Source of the DNA: Harriotta raleighana
Lineage: Eukaryota
Direction: 5' to 3'
DNA length: 64,000 nt
NCBI GenBank assembly: GCA_050575255.1
Contig: JBNZDD010013732.1
Location: 5,046,951 to 5,110,950 of the forward strand
The notes below the pieces were generated by a model, which saw nothing but the letters and a program-made list of their open reading frames with translations, had not been told where the DNA came from and ran no database searches. Position numbers and translations under genes: made by a program. Below, one piece after another: positions 1-14,769 of this stretch. Numbering within the stretch: position 1 is the first letter of the stretch; each line of letters starts with the position of its first letter.

Positions 1-3000
1 GGAGGGGGGGTGTGGGGGGAGGTTGCATTTGTAATGTACTAGGCTTCAAATAAGACATTATACTGAGGTGCTCAGTTCAGATGGATGTTAAAGATCCCAA
101 TGGTGCTATTCAAAAAGCGAATGGAGTTTCTCTTCCCGGTAGCTTGGCCAACAAACCTCCAAATAAAACTGATCACTTACTCCTTGGCTATCTGTGGGAC
201 ATTGCTACAGATAATTGTGCTGCTGTGTTGGCCGACAAGTAAATCCTGTGATGCTCCTTGACACATCCTTCCGACGAAGATAGAAGATAGAGACAACACC
301 AAAATAGCAAGGATTACAGTGTTACTATTATTCTCCTCCCAAAAAGAGAGGCAANATACACAGTCACTTAATTTCAAAGTAAATCCTGTGATGCTCCTTG
401 ACACGTCCTTCCGACGAAGATAGAAGATAGAGACAACACCAAATTAGCAAGGATTACAGTGTTACTATTATTCTCCTCCCAAAAAGAGAGGCAATACATC
501 AAATTAAAGAATTATTATTTTTCTTATTAATAATTCCCCTCTAGCGTACGAAAAAAATCTTGTTATCTGTTCTGAAATTGCTCTTTGCAAACCTGAACCT
601 GTGTCCTCTTATCCCACGACATGGGCATATCAAAGCGTACTATTCTGGGTTTACTTTCTCAATCTCACTGAGGTATATTAGGTCCCCTGTGAGATGTGTC
701 TCTTGGGGTGAGACTAGTGGTTGGGGATGGGGGTTATTTAATGTTACCAGCGGCTCCCCAATATTTTTAGGCCAGACAAGTGCCTGACTCACAAACCCAT
801 CTACGAGTTTAAGAGTATCTGACAACAATAAATTGCATTTATATAGTGCCTTTCCTGTCCCAAAGCTCTGGACACCACCTACACGAGAAAATTTGCATGT
901 GTCTGGAATGTGCACTTTCTCCCCACGGAGGGAGGCAACCTGCTTGAACAATTATGGAGCGTACTAAGCACAAGTTGACAAGGACCAAGGCATGGGGACC
1001 CTGAAGTGTGCTTTGAAATATTGTTCGAGTTTAATCTGAGAAAACTGCACAGCTTGCCATTGATATCATTGTTTGGCAAGCATCCCACTGCAAGGACCAC
1101 TCTACCCATCAGGGCTTTGGCTTGAAGGGTTACAGGAGCTGATTGGATCCCTGCTTGGTTTGCCCCTCCAAGTCCTATCGATGAGGCAGCCTGGATGGGC
1201 TGTTGTCTGCAGTGCTTTGGAATATTACGGACCTGCCTAGCTCAGGAAGTGGACTACCAAGACTGCTACAGAGGGTGGTCTCGATTCTGACATTCTGTTG
1301 CCAGCTTAACAGAGAACCCACACTTCACTCCCCTTTCTGCATCAAAACTAGAGCGTTTCTTGGAGGCAACAATCAGGACACAGCTACCCCTCCCTCTAAT
1401 CCCTTTATTTGAATTCACAACCCGTGAACAATTGCCTGTCGCCTTGTTTGGCTGATCCGCTGCAAACATTGCAGTCTCCCATTAAATGCCTCGATGTCCC
1501 TCACTACAGTTATCTGTACAAAACACAGCTCTGAGCCCAATTTTGTCACAAACACACTGATACACACTGATTGTCACACAGTCTCACACACAATGTTGGT
1601 CAGGTTCTCCCCCCTCCCCACACCTGGGGCTTCTGATCACCTCTGTAGGCAGTAAAACAATAATCCTTATGTTTGATTCAATATCAATATCAAACTGATA
1701 TGAAATAGTCGGGAGGACTTCCCAAGGCAATGGACAGTGAAGGGTGTACTTTCAAGCTGGGGGCTAGATGGTTAGAGAGCGCGGACTAGTAGGCGGACAC
1801 CAAGCCACCAAGCAGAGGGAGCGGGCAGGTTGGTAACAATATAGCGCTTATTACATAGGAAGGACAATTCAAACCACTTCATGGAATTTACTGTAAAGTG
1901 CAGTGACATGCAAACAAACGTGGCAGCCAATTTGTGCAAGGTAATGTCTCACAATCTAACGTGAAATGAGTAACTGATTTTATCCGGGAGAGGGATTGTC
2001 ATCTTGGGCAACGGGGAGAGAGAAACGTTATTCATGCTCCGAGACGTTCTCCCAACCTGGAAGGCGCTGTGTTGCATGACTGTAAATTGTTGTAGGTACC
2101 GGATAAAATGCAGGCATTATTATTTAATGTGAAATAAAATGAGCCTCCGTAACATTACCCATCTGATGTGCTCCGAGCAGCCAGGCGACAAGTGAACCCT
2201 GCTGGCAGGGTACAGAATGAAGGACTGTCAGCAACAAATACCCCCCAAGAGATTACTGCTTGATACCTGGGCCTAGCAGACACTCACAGAAATACCCAGT
2301 GCAAGAGTCGACTTAAAACATTTATTAGGTTTGATGGCCTTAAAGTGGTTTTAAGCTCAGCTCCATTAGGTGAACTCTCTTTGCCTCTTTCAAGCATGCT
2401 TCGCAGTGAATGATAATAACCTTCACATTCGATACAGCGCCTTCCATATCAGTGGACATCTCTCAAAACGCTTCACAGGATTCATGGTGAAACAATTTTG
2501 CACACAGCTGAGAAGCACAGGACTAGATTTTTTGGACTGGGACTCTGGGAGAAGCTCCCTCCTCTTTACAGCAGTCATGCGTATGTGAAGGACAGTAACA
2601 CTGTGTGTCACCATAGGGCTGGCAGTGAGACGTGAGACAGACAAGGCGTGTTGCTGGATGATCATAATAATGATAATAATTATAATCCTTCCATTTGATA
2701 CAGCACTTCACAATATTGTTGAAACTTCTCAAAAGTGACTCTGTATTTTGAGTCCGAAATGCAGCAGCCAGTTTGTGCACAGCAATGTCCCACAAAACAG
2801 CCACTGGGCAAGTGACTGATTTTATTTGGGGGGATTGTTGGCCAGCACAGTAAGAGAGAAACTACTTTCTCTTTCCGAATATTGCCACGTGATCTTTAAC
2901 ATCCATATGAACGGGCAGATAAGACTTTGTGCCAAAGGCCAGAGTTCACCTAATGGAGCTGAGCTTAAAACCACTTCCGACAATGCAACTCTCTCTCTAT

Positions 3001-3489
3001 TATGTTCTCAACAATCAATGCTTAGAAAAACTCTTTTATTCTCAGTTCCCAAGTTACAAATCAAACAATCCAACCCAAAAAATGTTTAGTCAGTTCACTC
3101 TTCTTCCAGCTTTTCGACTTCCTGATCTCCTTTCATTGGTGATAGTAATGAGTCCTTGCTTTCTGAAAGATTATCTAACACACCCCAGCACTGAATTGCA
3201 CAGTCAGCTTAGAAAATGGGATTCCAGTTCTGATGACTACAACAACAAAATTACACTTATATTGCCCCTTTCACATCAGGAGCATATCCCTAATGTAGTG
3301 CATGACTCCACAACCTTCTGAGGCAAGAGTGTAACCACTGAGCCAGCTGACACACACAATTTGAGTGAAAACTCTGATTATCCTTCATGATTCTCCATCA
3401 GTGATCAGTTCCACATCCCCCACAACCAACCTACCCCACTCCCACCGACACTACCTCACAGCTGAGGCAAGTGCTCCAATTGTGAGCCT

Positions 3490-3835
3490 TAACAACAACA
3501 ACAATAACAAGAACAAATTGCATAAGCAAAACAGAGCATCCTTCAAGTCAGGAAGTCATCCCAAGGCACTGGACAATGATGGGCTTTGCACCTGAGATGC
3601 AGGTTGGAATCAGAGAAGGATGGAGAACAAGGGGGGTGAAGGAGGGAAGATGACCAAAGGCATGGTGGAGAAGGAAGTTCTAGAGATGGGCCTAGAAGGA
3701 GGTAAGGGAGGAGTTGAGGCATAGAGGCTTTGGAATGGAGCTTCACAAGGTGGGATAGAAAGACTGAAGGCCCTACGGTCGAGGTTGGAAGGAGGGTGGG
3801 GGGATGTGAAGCAGGCCAATGGCCACAGAGGCAGG
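3490..3835 (-). mobile_element. L2 LINE 3' fragment just downstream of the GRM8 exon
   Basis: (CAA)n tail at ~3490 and similarity to the 8615-9000 and 23300-23630 copies. Confidence 0.7.
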
Positions 3836-3891
3836 GGGAGTGGATAGGTTGGTGAACAGAGAGACAGAAAGACCTCAGTGAGGAGCAGTCA

Positions 3892-4113
<222 letters not shown>

Positions 4114-4904
4114 CTATGGGCAAATAGACAGAGGACATGGTCAGACACACACCCCCAAAAACACAAAGCACAGCCCCTGGTCCAAGTTTTGTTCACAATA
4201 AAAATATAATAAGAATAATATTCTTTGCATTTGATAATAGTGCTTTTCACATCTTCTAGACATTTCAAAGTGCTTCACAGAATATACGGCAAAGTGAATT
4301 GACTGTATATGTGGGCGATAGCAATAAGTCTAAAATTTGCTGCAGATGTATGTGGCAATAGAAAACAAACATAGTTCCTATAGTCACCAGTGCAACTCGG
4401 ACTGTTGATAAGACTATTCAAAAATGATTTGACAAGATACCCAATGAACAAAATGTCAATTTCCTGCAAAAGGTTGATTTAGGAATCTTAAATATAAAAT
4501 ATACTTGAACAAAGTAACAACTATTCATATATAACATGGTGGTGTTATTGGTCTGGCTGTTCCATCCCTCAAAACCACTTAGAAGCGACCTCTACAGAGT
4601 GATCTAAACTGTAACTCATAATGATAATAATATCATCATAATCTCGCATTTGATTCCGAACTATAGCATCATAGTAATTTAAAGCACAGACAAGGGCCAT
4701 TGTGTCTATGCCAACTCCTACTACAGCAATCCTTTCAGTTCCATTGGCCTGTCCTCTTCGTGAACCCCCACCCTTCACGCACCCTTGTAGTTCACTTCTT
4801 TTCAGTAGTTCCCTTTTGGAAAGCGAATATAGATGCTGCCCCAACCACTGCTCCTAGCCGGGCAATACACATCCAAAGCACTGGTCAGACCACTCCTGCA
4901 GCAG

Positions 4905-5110
4905 TGCAATGACACAGCCAATCACACAGAGCACAGTATTTACACAGTGAATCACACAGAGCTCTGTATTTACACAGCAAGTCACACAGAGTACTGTAAT
5001 TCTGGAGTGAGTTGCACAGAGCAGGGGAATTGTACAATGAGTTACACAGAGCAGTGTGATTGTGCAGTAAGTTACTCAGAACAGGGTAATTGTCCAGTGA
5101 GTTACAAAGT
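4905..5110. repeat. Minisatellite, 30 bp unit (cacagagca..gt.att..acagtga.t)
   Basis: cacagag recurs with 30 bp periodicity about 6-7 times. Confidence 0.8.
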
Positions 5111-7079
5111 GGAGACAGATGTAAAACACTGTTGGATGAGGAATGATCCCATCAGACTGACGTGAGCAGCACTCTAGCATAGTTAGCAAAATAAATTCCG
5201 GCCGGCCAACAAACAGGGAATAAAACAAGCTGCTTATGCCCATTAATAGCCCTGGGGTTTAGTTAAAAGCTCAATGGCTTGGCACATCTGGCTTCACATC
5301 CGTGCGTTGTTAGCATCCGTCAGATTGTCTCTAGAAATCACAAGGAGTGTCAGCAAGGAGACTCGGTGCAAGACGTGTTTGTGACCTCAGTCCTCAAGAA
5401 ACAGCTGCAACAATAAAAATAATAATGCTTGTATTTGCTATGGTTCTTTATTATGTGTTCTTTATCAGTGCCTTGGGATGTCCTCCCAACAGTGAAAGGC
5501 GCACTTTAAATGTGATTTTGTTGTGGATATGCTCGAAACATCTCAAAGAGCTTCAACAATAACAACAAAATTACACTTGTATATAGTGCCTTTCACATCA
5601 GTAGGTCAGAATATACTGTAAAGAGAATTAACTGTATATGATGTGGGAGAAAAGCGGCGGCCATTGCGCCCAGTAATGCGCTACAAACAGTGGATTGAGT
5701 GATTATTATTTTTTTTTAATTTGGGGAGGAATTATTACACCCTGAAAGCCAATCGAGCTACACTGGGAATGTATGAATGAGGAGCAGGAGTACAGATCAA
5801 TCGATTTTACCTCTCGTTCATTTCTCTCTCCTCTCTCCCTTCGTATCCTGGAGATGTGCAGCTCATTTTCTCCTCCTGTTGGCTGATGCTATATCACATT
5901 TCGTGCTCTCCTCTCTCTTCACACACAACTGTTTGTGATTTCATGGCTGTTTGTGGGGACATTCCTGGGCAAATTGGCTGCCGCATTTGCCTTCAAAACA
6001 TACACATAAATACCTAGGCTTCACAGTCAAATCCTGTGAAGCATTTTGAGATGCCTCAAGAAGGTGGGAAAGCTTTGTTTCAAGCACAGGGACTGTGCCA
6101 TTACTATTGTATTGTCACCATTTTGTTTTCCTATTGCTTAGAACGCACAATAAAAAAGACAGAAACATGTTTCTCCAGCAGCTCATCACATAAAAATAAT
6201 AAAAGCATCTTTCACGGCAGGAGGATTTCTCAAAGCACTTCACAGGATTTATTGTAAAGTGTTTTGTGGTAAACAAAATGCCTCAAAGCTTCAAGCTTCA
6301 CTGCTGATAGCTGTCAGGTACAGAGACCAATATTGTCACTCACTTCATAGCTGTTTGTGAAAGACTGCTGTGGGGGAATTGGCTGTCACGTTCACCCACA
6401 AAATACAGAGTCACTACATTTTACAGTAAAATTCTGCAAAGCGCTTTGAGACTTCTCGACAATGTGATTTGAAGTATGACATCAAATGAAGGATAATTAT
6501 TATTATAATCTGTGCCTTGTCTTGCTTTGGGTGAAAATGATAAAATCAGAGAGCCCAGCACAGTCGGGGGAGAGGGTGAGCAGGTTAGGGGTTTCCACAC
6601 AAACCTTGTGGGGATGCTGCCCCATGTGAAGAGTGTTATATAAATGCAAGTTGTTGCTGTTGTTCTTGTTTTATGCAAGTAAGCAAAGGATAGCAGCCAA
6701 TTTTCAGCCTGGACAAGGCTGAGCTCTCTCTTGGCTCTCAAGCACAGGGACCTTGTTCTGAGCTCAACCCATCAGCTTTCTGACTAAACCAACATGTTCA
6801 CACAGCTGTCCGGGCTTTCTCTCACAATGCAGTCGCTATACAAATGTAATTTTGTTGTTTTGTTGCACATTGTTTTGTAGCATCAGATGCAGCAATGCAG
6901 TGTTGCCCCCCCTCCCACCCCCAGCAGGCACTCGAGTACCGATAGTCTTCTGACTTGGAGACAAGAGTTCAGGCAACTAATCCAGGTTGATGGATTCTGA
7001 CCGATCTAATTTGTTTCTTAACTATGCGGAAAGCTCCTTAAGTATAGATGAATCGACTCTGAAGAGATTTGTGCCTTCT

Positions 7080-7835
7080 CTGAACAGATCAATAAGCTCT
7101 TTCTACTTAACCAACCACCTCCACTTCATCTCGCCAAATGGTCTCTCTTCCTGCCCTTGCCCGGTCACCTGAGGGGTTCTCCAGGGCTCCATCCTTGGCC
7201 CCCTTCTTTTCCTCATCTATATGGTTCCTCTTAGGGATGTCATCCACAGACTAGGACCACCTTCCTCCACTTACGTCACATTGTCCTCCTCCGACTATAA
7301 ATGCAGTCGAAACCCTCGAGCATGGATATAACACCTCCCATCTGGATTATTCAAATGCATTCTTCACTGGTCTCCCCAACTACACTGTTCAAAACATCTA
7401 GTTCATTCAGAACTCTGCTGCCCACGTACGTACAAGGATGAAACTCTGTACCCACGTCTCACCAGTTTCTGGCCAGGCTCTGGTGGCTCCCCATCATCGA
7501 ATGGATTGACTTCAAAATCCTAACTCGTGTTCAAATTGCTTCACTTTCTGGCACCTCCTTACCCCTCTAACCGCCTCACTCCCCATCTATCACCCGATGC
7601 CTCTGCTCAAATGTCACTGATCTTCTACTTGTCGCTCGCACCCTCTCCTCCACCACTGGAGATCACGCTTTCAATCCCTCCGCCTTGCCCCTTCTCCCCT
7701 TTTACAAGTCTGACCTGAAAATCTTCCACTTCAACCGGGTTTACAGAACCCTCCTTCCTCCTGGCTCAGAATTAAGTGCTCTGAGACGCAACTCTGTATA
7801 GAGGGCACTCTATAAGTGCAAATTGTTGATGTTGA
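7080..7835 (+). mobile_element. L2-clade LINE fragment
   Basis: ggggttctccagggctccatccttggcccccttcttttcctcatctatatg (GV.QGSILGPLLFLIY motif), ctggattattcaaatgca (LDY.NA), gacttcaaaatcct (DFKI), and an L2-type tail. Confidence 0.8.
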
Positions 7836-8614
7836 AATCATAATAATAATCCTTGCAATTGATATGCTGAGCTGCAGCAGCATTACAGCAATCCACCTCT
7901 CCTCCCCACCTCCCTCCTCACAGCACTACATTGGAATCGTCAGCTCAAAGCCTCCAATGTGGGCTTAATCCCACAATCTTCTGTTTCAGAGGCGAGTGTG
8001 TGTGAGGCTGAGTCAGGCTGACACCTTTGTTGAATGTAAATAATAAATTCCTGAAATATTCTTGCAGATCGTGATATCCTGTTGGGCTCTTCTTTAGAGA
8101 GTAACGATCAGGCAAATCACCATAAAACACAATTTATAGACGTGTAATTATACAATGTGGCCACAGCAGACAGAATGAAACAGACCATATCTCACACTCT
8201 CTATTCCTCCCCATGGCAAGTAAGGATGTAACAAATGACTTTAATAATCCTTGCGTTTGATGTAACACTTTGTTTGGTTGTCAGAACGCCTCAAAGTGCT
8301 TCACAGCATTTACTGCGACGTGCAGTGACTGTGTATCTTGTGGGTCAACACGGCCGCCACATTTGCACACATTCGCACATTTGCTCACGTTGTCAGAGGT
8401 GTCAAGCTTTGGACGAGATGTTAAACTGATTGCATGGCTCGAAAAGTGAAGGGAGCTCTGCTGTGTCTGTGTGCCACAATTGGCCACACCTGGAATCTAA
8501 ATCTGTCAGAAAGATGAAAGGCAGCAAAGCCTCACAGCAGATGGTGACCAGCGGATGTTCATGACTGATTCGCCAGCAACATCAGAGCTAAAGATAGCTT
8601 TCAGCGAGTTTGAA

Positions 8615-9000
8615 CAAGAATAACAACTTGCATTTATATAGCACTTCTCACGTTGGAAGGACATCCCAAGGCTCTGCACCTGAGCTGCGGGTTGGGATCA
8701 GGGAGGGGTGGAGGGGGTGGAGGAGGGAAGATGACCAAAGGCACAGTCAACAAGAAAGATCTTGAGACAGGCATTGGAGGATGCAAGTGACGCAGAAGGA
8801 CTCCGAGATGACGTTCCAGAGGATAGGGGCAGAAATGCTGAAGGCCTGACTGCCGACAGTGGAGCACGCAGAGTGTGGGCTGTGGAGTAGGCCAGGGCCT
8901 GCGGAGCTGAAGGAGTAGACAGGTTGATGAAGTTTTGATAGGTTGCACAGCTGGGGAGGAGCAAGACCATACAGGGTTTTAAAGGTGAGGACAAGGACTT
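8615..9000 (-). mobile_element. L2 LINE 3' fragment
   Basis: Reverse complement of the L2 3' end (ttttcttgttgactgtgcctttgg...gccttgggatgtccttccaacgtgagaagtgctatataaatgcaagttgtt). Confidence 0.75.
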
Positions 9001-9519
9001 AATCCTCTGGGGGATGACGAGTCATTGAACTTTAAGTTTTACACTCAACATTTCTCGGTGGCCATCCCACCAGGCACGGTAACCATCAGCTGTCGGATGC
9101 TGCGTTGCACGTGGAGCAAGGTTTAAATCACAGCATCGGCCTTGCGGGCCTCTGCGACACAGGGGTTGTTGATTTGAATTGGGTTCCTGACAATGATCGC
9201 TAGTGGCAGACACGCCTACCACATCGTCTTAGTTGAGGGTGGGCAGGAGGAGGCTCATGTGGAGCATAAGTGCTGGCACAGACCAGTTGGATCTAATGGC
9301 CTGTTGGTGTGCTGTATATTCTAATGAGTGAACCACCTGTCGATCAAGGTCCGTGTTGTGGTTTCTCCCCATGTCTGATCCTACTCTACAACTTGGTCTC
9401 TCTCTCCCCTCCCTCCCACATCATTGACAGTCTTGCCCTTGTCAGTCCCCAACCCTGCCAAGGTCCGAGATGCTACTCCATGTGATGAGTGTTATATAAA
9501 TGCAAGTTGTTGTTCTGTG

Positions 9520-9925
9520 AATTGATCACTCTCAGACTCACCTAGCTCCACTGGCTCTCCATTCCTCAGAGAATCGAGTTTAAAATTCTCGTCTTAACTT
9601 TTAAAACCCTCTGTAGTCTTGCCCCTTCCTACCTCTGCGACCTATTAGCACCATACCAACTTGTCTGTTCCCTCCGCTCGACAGGCACTGACCTGTGCCA
9701 TGGCAGCCACACTGCCCTCCCCACTATTGACAGTCAGGCCTTCAGTTTTTCTGTCACCACTCTCTTGAATTCCATCCCAAAGTCTCTTTGATGGTGCTTT
9801 CAGCCATCCTCCCTTTTGGATGGAGAATAGGTATCCTCAGTTTAGGTGTCCTATTAACTGTCCAGCACCTTGAAATGTGCTTCCAAGTTGAAAACCACTA
9901 AATATATGTAATTTTGTTGTTCTTG
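9520..9925 (+). mobile_element. L2 LINE 3' fragment
   Basis: ctccactggctctccattcctcagagaatcgagtttaaaattctcgtc (LHWL.I.QRIEFKIL) followed by a 3' UTR and tail. Confidence 0.8.
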
Positions 9926-10119
9926 TGTGAGGTACTGGCTTGCCTCGGTCACCACACTTAACAGCAAAATCCTATGAAACACTGTGAGACGTCAAATCTC
10001 CGAGTCAGGTGGTTATGAGTTCAAACCCCACATCAGGACTTCAAGCTAAGTTTAGCCTGAGAATCCAATACAGTGCTGGGGAAGAGTTGCATGTAAGAGA
10101 GAGGACATGGGCTGTATAT

Positions 10120-12705
10120 TATATTTGCCTGTTTTATTTATATTTTAAAGTGCAGCTGAGGCTGTCATGTTTGAGAACTTTTTCTCACTGATGAAAAGTC
10201 AGTCCACTTACAAGCCACAATCTGCTGTCTGGAAACATAGACTTAAACCATAAGTATAGCCTTTCAGCCTACAAGGGTCTGTGGTGGTGCTCTCGCCCCA
10301 CAAGAATGCTCCACTTTAACCCCATTCTCTTGCTCTCTCACCATCATGTCTGTATTGATGCTCGCTCCTCTACTGGAGCTCACTCCTCTAAATCAATTCC
10401 TTTGCTCTCTCCCCATCATGAAGTCGAGACCTATTACAGTACCATGATCAGTCTGGTATCTGACAGACATGTAAACCCTTCGTTCTAATCAGATGGGTGT
10501 CTAACGTGCAGAAATCCAGCATAAGAGTGTCCAAAACAGATTGAGAATTCTATGTATCCCATCCTCACATGGAAATTCTGGTGTATTGGAATACATTGCA
10601 CACTGCCTAATACAGGATGGTGCTGAGCCAAGGGGGAGCTCAGAATGTGTCTTGGGGTAACTGACGGAGTTTAATACAAATCTATATTTATATCACGCTT
10701 AAAGCCAGATGTTCAAAGCTCTTAGCACCAGCTTTTAACTAGCTAAAGCTGAGATGTTTAGATGGGCAGCCGGATGGCCCTCATCCTCATTTGTTGCACC
10801 AAACAGTGATTATTTCACTGAGTGCACAGAAATGATTTCCCACCGAAGATCACTGGAGATTTAATCCCTCGTCTGCGCTCACTCACTTCACCAGAGAAAA
10901 GGCGGCTCATTTCAATGGCTGCTAATTTGACTCTTCCAATAAATTCATCCTACTTAAATCTCTCAAAATCTAACTCCTCGGAGTTGATGCCTGCGTGCGA
11001 GCTGCCAGATGTACTTTGAAAAAATTGATCTTAGAATGCCTGCTGTTTGCGAAAACACTCCTTGCATTTGATACAGCGCTTTTCACAACAGGAGGATATT
11101 GCAACGCTTTTCACATATACTATAAAGTGTAGTGATTGTGTGCTTTGCATGAGAACGAGGCAGCAAATATGTGGACAGTAACGTCCCACAAGCAGCCAGT
11201 GAGTGAATGTTTTTATCTGGCAGATTGTTAGCTAGGATGTTGGGAGAGATTATTCTTCAACAGATCAGGGGATTTTAACATCTACTTTAAGAGGACAGAC
11301 CGGGAACTTGGTTTAATGTCTCATTTGAAGTATCGCACCTCCAACATAGATACCAATGGTATGTCACTCTGGCATGTTAGCTGCGTGCTATTTCCAAGTC
11401 TCTTCTCAACACACCAGCATTTGCCTGTTTATATATATTTTAAACCGCAGCAGTTGAAGCTGTCATGTTTGAGAACTTTTTCTCATAGAAGATGAAAAGT
11501 CAATAAAACATCACTGAAAATAAATCCAAACCACTTACACTCCACAATCTGCTGTCCAGAAATATCGACTTAAGCCACAGGTAAAGCCTTTTAGCCCACA
11601 AGGGGCTGTGGTGGTGATTTCTTCCACACTGAAGCTCTCAACCCTAATCCCAATCCCATGCTCTCTCCTCATCATCTCTGTGTTGGTGCTCGCTCCCTCA
11701 CTGGAGCTTACTCTTGTAATCCCATTCTCCTGTGCTCTCCCCATAGTGTTGTGGACACCTATCACCATGATCAGCTGGATGTCTGCTACACAGTTAACCC
11801 ATTACTGTGATCAGCTGGCTGTCCAACATGCAGAAATCCATCATGGTCACAGGAGTATCCAAAACAGATTGAGAATTCTATGCATCCCATCCGCACATGG
11901 AAATTCAGGTGTATTGGAATGCAACACACGCTGCCTAATTTGGAGTTTGTTAGCTGCAGGTTGGCGGGAGCCAGTGGGACCTCAGATTGTGTCTCGGGGT
12001 AACTCTGGAGTTTAATACAAATTTACATTTATATCGCACTTTAAACGCCAGATGTCGAAATACCAGCTTTTAACAAGCTAAAGCCAAGATGTTTAGATGG
12101 GCAGCTGGATGGCCCTCATCCCGTCTCTACAACAAATGGTGATTATTAAATCTCACTGGAGATTTAATCCCTCGTCTGCACTCACCCACTTCACCAGAGG
12201 AAAAGCAGCTCATTTCAACAGGGGCTAATTTGACTCTTCAAAGAAATCACATCCTTGCTTTAATCACTCTAAATCTAACTCCTCAGAATTGATGACTGGG
12301 TGCGAGCTGCCTAATGTACTTTAAGCGATTGATCTTGCAATGCCGTGCCCCGCTGTTGCAAAACATTCCTTACATTTGATATAGAGCTTTTCGTGTCAGT
12401 AGGTCATCACAAACCACTTCACATATACTGTAAAGTGTAGTGACTATGTGCTTTGCAGGCAAATGCGGCAGCTAGTTTGCCCACAGTATTGACTGATTTT
12501 ATTTGGTGGGGGAATTGTCAGCCAGGAAAACGGGAGAGAGATACTCCCCTCTGTTTTCAAATTGTGTCAAAAGATTTTTCAAGTCCAATTGGACTGGCAT
12601 AGACAGGAGCTCAATTTACTGTCCATACGAGGGATGTCGTCAATGCACTGAAGCATCAACTGGCTCAATGTCAATGACATGAGCTTTGAATCCACTACCT
12701 TATGA
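10120..12705. repeat. Diverged tandem duplication of a ~1.3 kb unit (10120-11417 and 11418-12705)
   Basis: Colinear shared blocks: gctgtcatgtttgagaactttttctca, ccacaatctgctgtc, ccaaaacagattgagaattctatg, gatgtttagatgggcagc, ctggagatttaatccctcgtctgc, each followed by the same antisense SINE. Many substitutions and indels, and no N at the junction. Confidence 0.9.
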
Positions 12706-12706
12706 C

Positions 12707-13117
12707 AATAATCTTTGCATTTGATATCGCGCCTTTTAATGTTGACAAGATGTCTCAAGGCACTTCACAGGATATACTGTCAAGTGGATTGATTGTGTAT
12801 TTTGTGGGAGACACGATAGCCAATTACGCACAGCAGTGTCCCACAAACAGCGCACGGAGTGAATGACCAATGTTTTGCAAGCGTTTGTTGGCCAAGACAC
12901 CAGGAGAAACACCTTTCTCTTTTTCATTTGTGCCAAGGGATCTTTGACATCCACCTAAACAGCCAGACCAGGCCTCGGTTTAACATCTCATCCAATGGAC
13001 AGCTCCTTCGACAATGTAATACTCTTCCAGCACTGCATTGGAGTGTCAGTTTACACTCTGTGGATCTTGTACCCACAACCTTCTGGCTCAGGAGCGAGAG
13101 CATCACTGAGCCAGGCT
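12707..13117 (-). mobile_element. Long-type Deu-domain SINE, near full length
   Basis: The minus strand reads cagcctggctcagtgatgctctcgctcctgagccagaaggttgtggg...gacactccaatgcagtgctgg...gatgagatgttaaaccgagg...gtggatgtcaaagatcccttggcac...ggtgtcttggccaaca...tttgtgggacactgctgtgcgtaattggc. This is the architecture of DeuSINEs such as SacSINE1/AmnSINE1. Confidence 0.85.
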
Positions 13118-14769
13118 GAGGCCTGACCTGAAGTGGTGAGCTGTTTCTTGCACTTGGATCCTGCATTATTAATGACCGTGTGTTTCCTGTCTTGTTCACA
13201 AATTATATAATGATCATTAAAAAAAATCAAACCCATTCCTGTTATCTTTCATCATTAGGAAAATTAAACATTTGATCAAATGAAATATTTATAAGATTCA
13301 CAATGGAGGGTGGTGGTGGTGGTGGGGGATGGGGTAGGGTGGTTGGGGCATTGGGGCTACACAAGAGCATTCTTGATAATGAAAGCTCCTCAATGTGACA
13401 CTTTCTCAAATGTAAGGTCAACGTTGCTCATTTGCTCCTGGGTCGGAAGGCTGTGGGTGGGGTTGAAGCAGGTTAAAGATTTCATATATCACATTATCAC
13501 ATCATTGATACCTCTCAGAGCCCTTCACAGAATATTCTGTAAAGTGGATTAACTGTATTTTGTGGGAGTATCTGGTGGAATTGTCAGCCTTTGTCGGGAG
13601 AAACTCCCTTCTCTTTTCAAACACCACCACAAGATCTTCACCACAAGATCTTCAACAGGCTCAGATGGCATTGATTTAACAAAAACTACTCCAGCACATT
13701 CCTTAATACAGTACATCCAACCATTCAGTCTTCAGCCAGTCAGGAATTATTTCTCAGACAGTCAGAAGAGTGACAAATAAGGAAAAGCTACTTCCTGGTT
13801 GGGGGGCAAATAACAAATAATAATAATTCTTGCATTTGTAATGCATTTGGTGCTTCAAAATACTTCACAGGATTTACTGTAAAATGTAGTGACTGTGCAT
13901 TTCATAAGCAAACGCAGCAGCTAATGGAGTGAGTGAACAATTTTATTTGGAGGATTGCTGGCCAGGCCACAGGTTTCTCTTTTTAGATCATGTCGTAGGA
14001 TCACTGACCATGGGGCGCTGCACCAGCACTGCTCTGGACTATCAGCCTCGACTGTGTGACCTCAGTCCTTGTTGTGGGGCATCAATTCACAACCTTTTGA
14101 ATGGAACGGACTGAAGGAGGGACAGGAGCCAAAAAACAAACTCAGTGAGGGCCCCTTAATCGTTAAATTGAAAGCGAAACACGTGGTTTAAGCACAATAT
14201 GTTTGTATCAATGCAATTGCCAACTGCAGCTGGGCTAGTCATCTCAGTTGTGAACGATCATTTGGCCAGAGAAGGAATGTTAACGGCCGGTAAAAGCCCC
14301 TGTCTGCTAATCTCAGGCTTTGCACATGATCTAAGGCAGAGATAACGATGCAGTCAAAACAAAATAGAGAATAGATTAATCGCATCCTTCGAGGATGAAG
14401 ACAGGGGAGCAGTCAGATTCAGAAAGGTTGTAAACTAAACTGAGGAGAGATTTACTCCAATGCTGTTTGTGGGAATTCCTGCGTGCAAATTTGCTACCCC
14501 ATCCATCTACAAAACACAGTCACTGCACTTTACACTGTGCCTGTGAAATGCTTTGATACAGCCACACTATGAGTAAGGCAGAAATCCAAATGGAAGGATG
14601 ATTCTTATAACTACAATGACACCTCTGCACAGTATGATATTGCAGTGACACTTCCATGCTGCCCAATATTAAAAGTGACACCTCTATATAGTCAGATACT
14701 GTATTATAGTGGCACCTGATATCAGCTGTGAGCTAATACAAGAGCTAATACGAAGCAAACCTCAACAGC

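Noticed and set aside
11535-11768. 77 aa ORF as a nested small gene
   Set aside because: The paralogous copy at ~10205-10460 has indels and stops, so the frame is not conserved, and there is no recognisable protein similarity.
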